From Hydrogenophilales bacterium (GTDB taxonomy: Bacteria; Pseudomonadota; Gammaproteobacteria; Burkholderiales; Thiobacteraceae): 64,000 nucleotides of DNA. How positions within the stretch are numbered: position 1 is the stretch's first letter; each line of letters begins with the position of its first letter. The DNA is taken from contig JACRIU010000102.1 of assembly GCA_016235775.1 (NCBI GenBank), positions 32,721 to 96,720 on the forward strand, read 5' to 3'. The position numbers were made by a program, and so were the translations under genes. This document shows, one piece after another, positions 63,253-64,000 of the stretch. Below the pieces are notes generated by a model that saw only the letters and a list, made by a program, of their open reading frames with translations, was not told where the DNA came from and did no database searches.

Positions 63253-64000
63253 TTCCTGCCCTCTGATCTCGATTTCGTTTACAAAAGCCCAGGCGCGGAT
63301 GAAGGCCGGCTCCAATTCATCCATGCCCTCCTGCACTTTTTCCCAATTGTCTACTTTGGCGGCGTGTTCCATGTTGCGGGCGATTTCGCGGATTTCATGC
63401 GCGCCGATATAAGCCGAGGCGCCTTTGATTTCATGGGCGCGGCCCACTGCCTTGGCGCGTTCTTGCGCCGCGCATGCGGCGGTGAGCTGCTCAATCAGGC
63501 TTTGCGTGCTCGATAGGTAGAGCGCGAGCAATTCGCTTTGCGCCTTCTCGTCGTTGCGGAACATGCCTTCGACTTTGCGCATGTCGATCGGCGGGTTGTC
63601 GCCGGATGTGGCGCGCTGGGTTTCAACCGAGATTTCCTCCTGCGCCGCCGCGTAGCGTTCGGTAAAGCCCGGCACCCAGCGCTTGAGCGCGCTCTCCAAG
63701 TCTTCCACCTTCACCGGTTTGACCAGATAATCATCCATGCCGCCGCTCATCGCGCGTTCGCGGTCTTCGATGCGCGCATTGGCGGACATGGCGACGATCG
63801 GGGTGCGCTGCGCGCGGCCGCTCATCAGTTCGTGATGGCGTATTTCGATGCTCGCTTCAAAGCCGTCCATTTCCGGCATTTGGCAATCCATCAATACCAA
63901 GTCATAGGGCAGGCGCTGCAGCGCATCGAGCGCTTCCAGGCCATTCGCCGCCACATCGGCGCGGATACCCAGCTTGCGCAGCATATAGATCACGACTTTT
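63214..64000 (-). CDS. C-terminal REC + Hpt portion of a (probably hybrid) sensor protein; 5' end outside window
   Basis: REC (LVLMDCQMPEMDGFE, LVKPV) followed by Hpt (AHEIKGASAYIGA). The reading frame is open to the window edge. Confidence 0.8.
   Translation of the reverse strand, partial: KVVIYMLRKLGIRADVAANGLEALDALQRLPYDLVLMDCQMPEMDGFEASIEIRHHELMSGRAQRTPIVAMSANARIEDRERAMSGGMDDYLVKPVKVEDLESALKRWVPGFTERYAAAQEEISVETQRATSGDNPPIDMRKVEGMFRNDEKAQSELLALYLSSTQSLIEQLTAACAAQERAKAVGRAHEIKGASAYIGAHEIREIARNMEHAAKVDNWEKVQEGMDELEPAFIRAWAFVNEIEIRGQESGVGHQATGDRH

Overview
High-GC proteobacterial chromosome segment. Gene content and the gloB-methyltransferase-rnhA-dnaQ synteny suggest a betaproteobacterium, but this is inference only. 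The left quarter (1-15.5 kb, all minus strand) is a signal-transduction supercluster. It holds cheR(partial)-cheW-cheA-cheY-MCP, an HD-GYP response regulator and two histidine kinases with a family-3 binding protein. It also holds a PAS-GGDEF-EAL protein whose EAL domain carries an in-frame deletion, and an HsbR/HsbA-like partner-switching pair. Next come fabI, a YejABEF-like peptide ABC operon interrupted by an inverted-repeat-flanked DUF559 cassette, mltD, gloB, rnhA and dnaQ. These are followed by a TonB-receptor/ABC_sub_bind/HAMP-GGDEF-EAL operon, a WYL regulator divergent from a DUF4258-like two-gene module, and assorted hydrolases and methyltransferases. The right end holds potABCD, a TPR-GT41 protein, clpB, ankyrin, ABM, Fe-ADH and DsrE-like genes. 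The stand-out is a visibly lower-GC island (judged by eye, about 42.2-49.6 kb) with no mobility genes. It contains a tandem two-module SPPY DNA methyltransferase convergent with a single-HKD PLD-family nuclease (BfiI/NgoFVII-like R-M). It also contains a translationally coupled operon of a 357-aa protein of unknown family and a 386-aa wHTH/zinc-ribbon/alpha-beta-hydrolase/C-terminal-TM protein. That operon is my best candidate for an undescribed defence system. The window also carries several intergenic repeat families: REP/BIME-like palindromes, 9-bp-periodic CACAGAG hairpin elements, GGGAGAGGGG hairpins tied to DUF559, and heptamer arrays. One MITE has a clean 9-bp target-site duplication. 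I recognised no rRNA, tRNA, CRISPR array, integrase or transposase.
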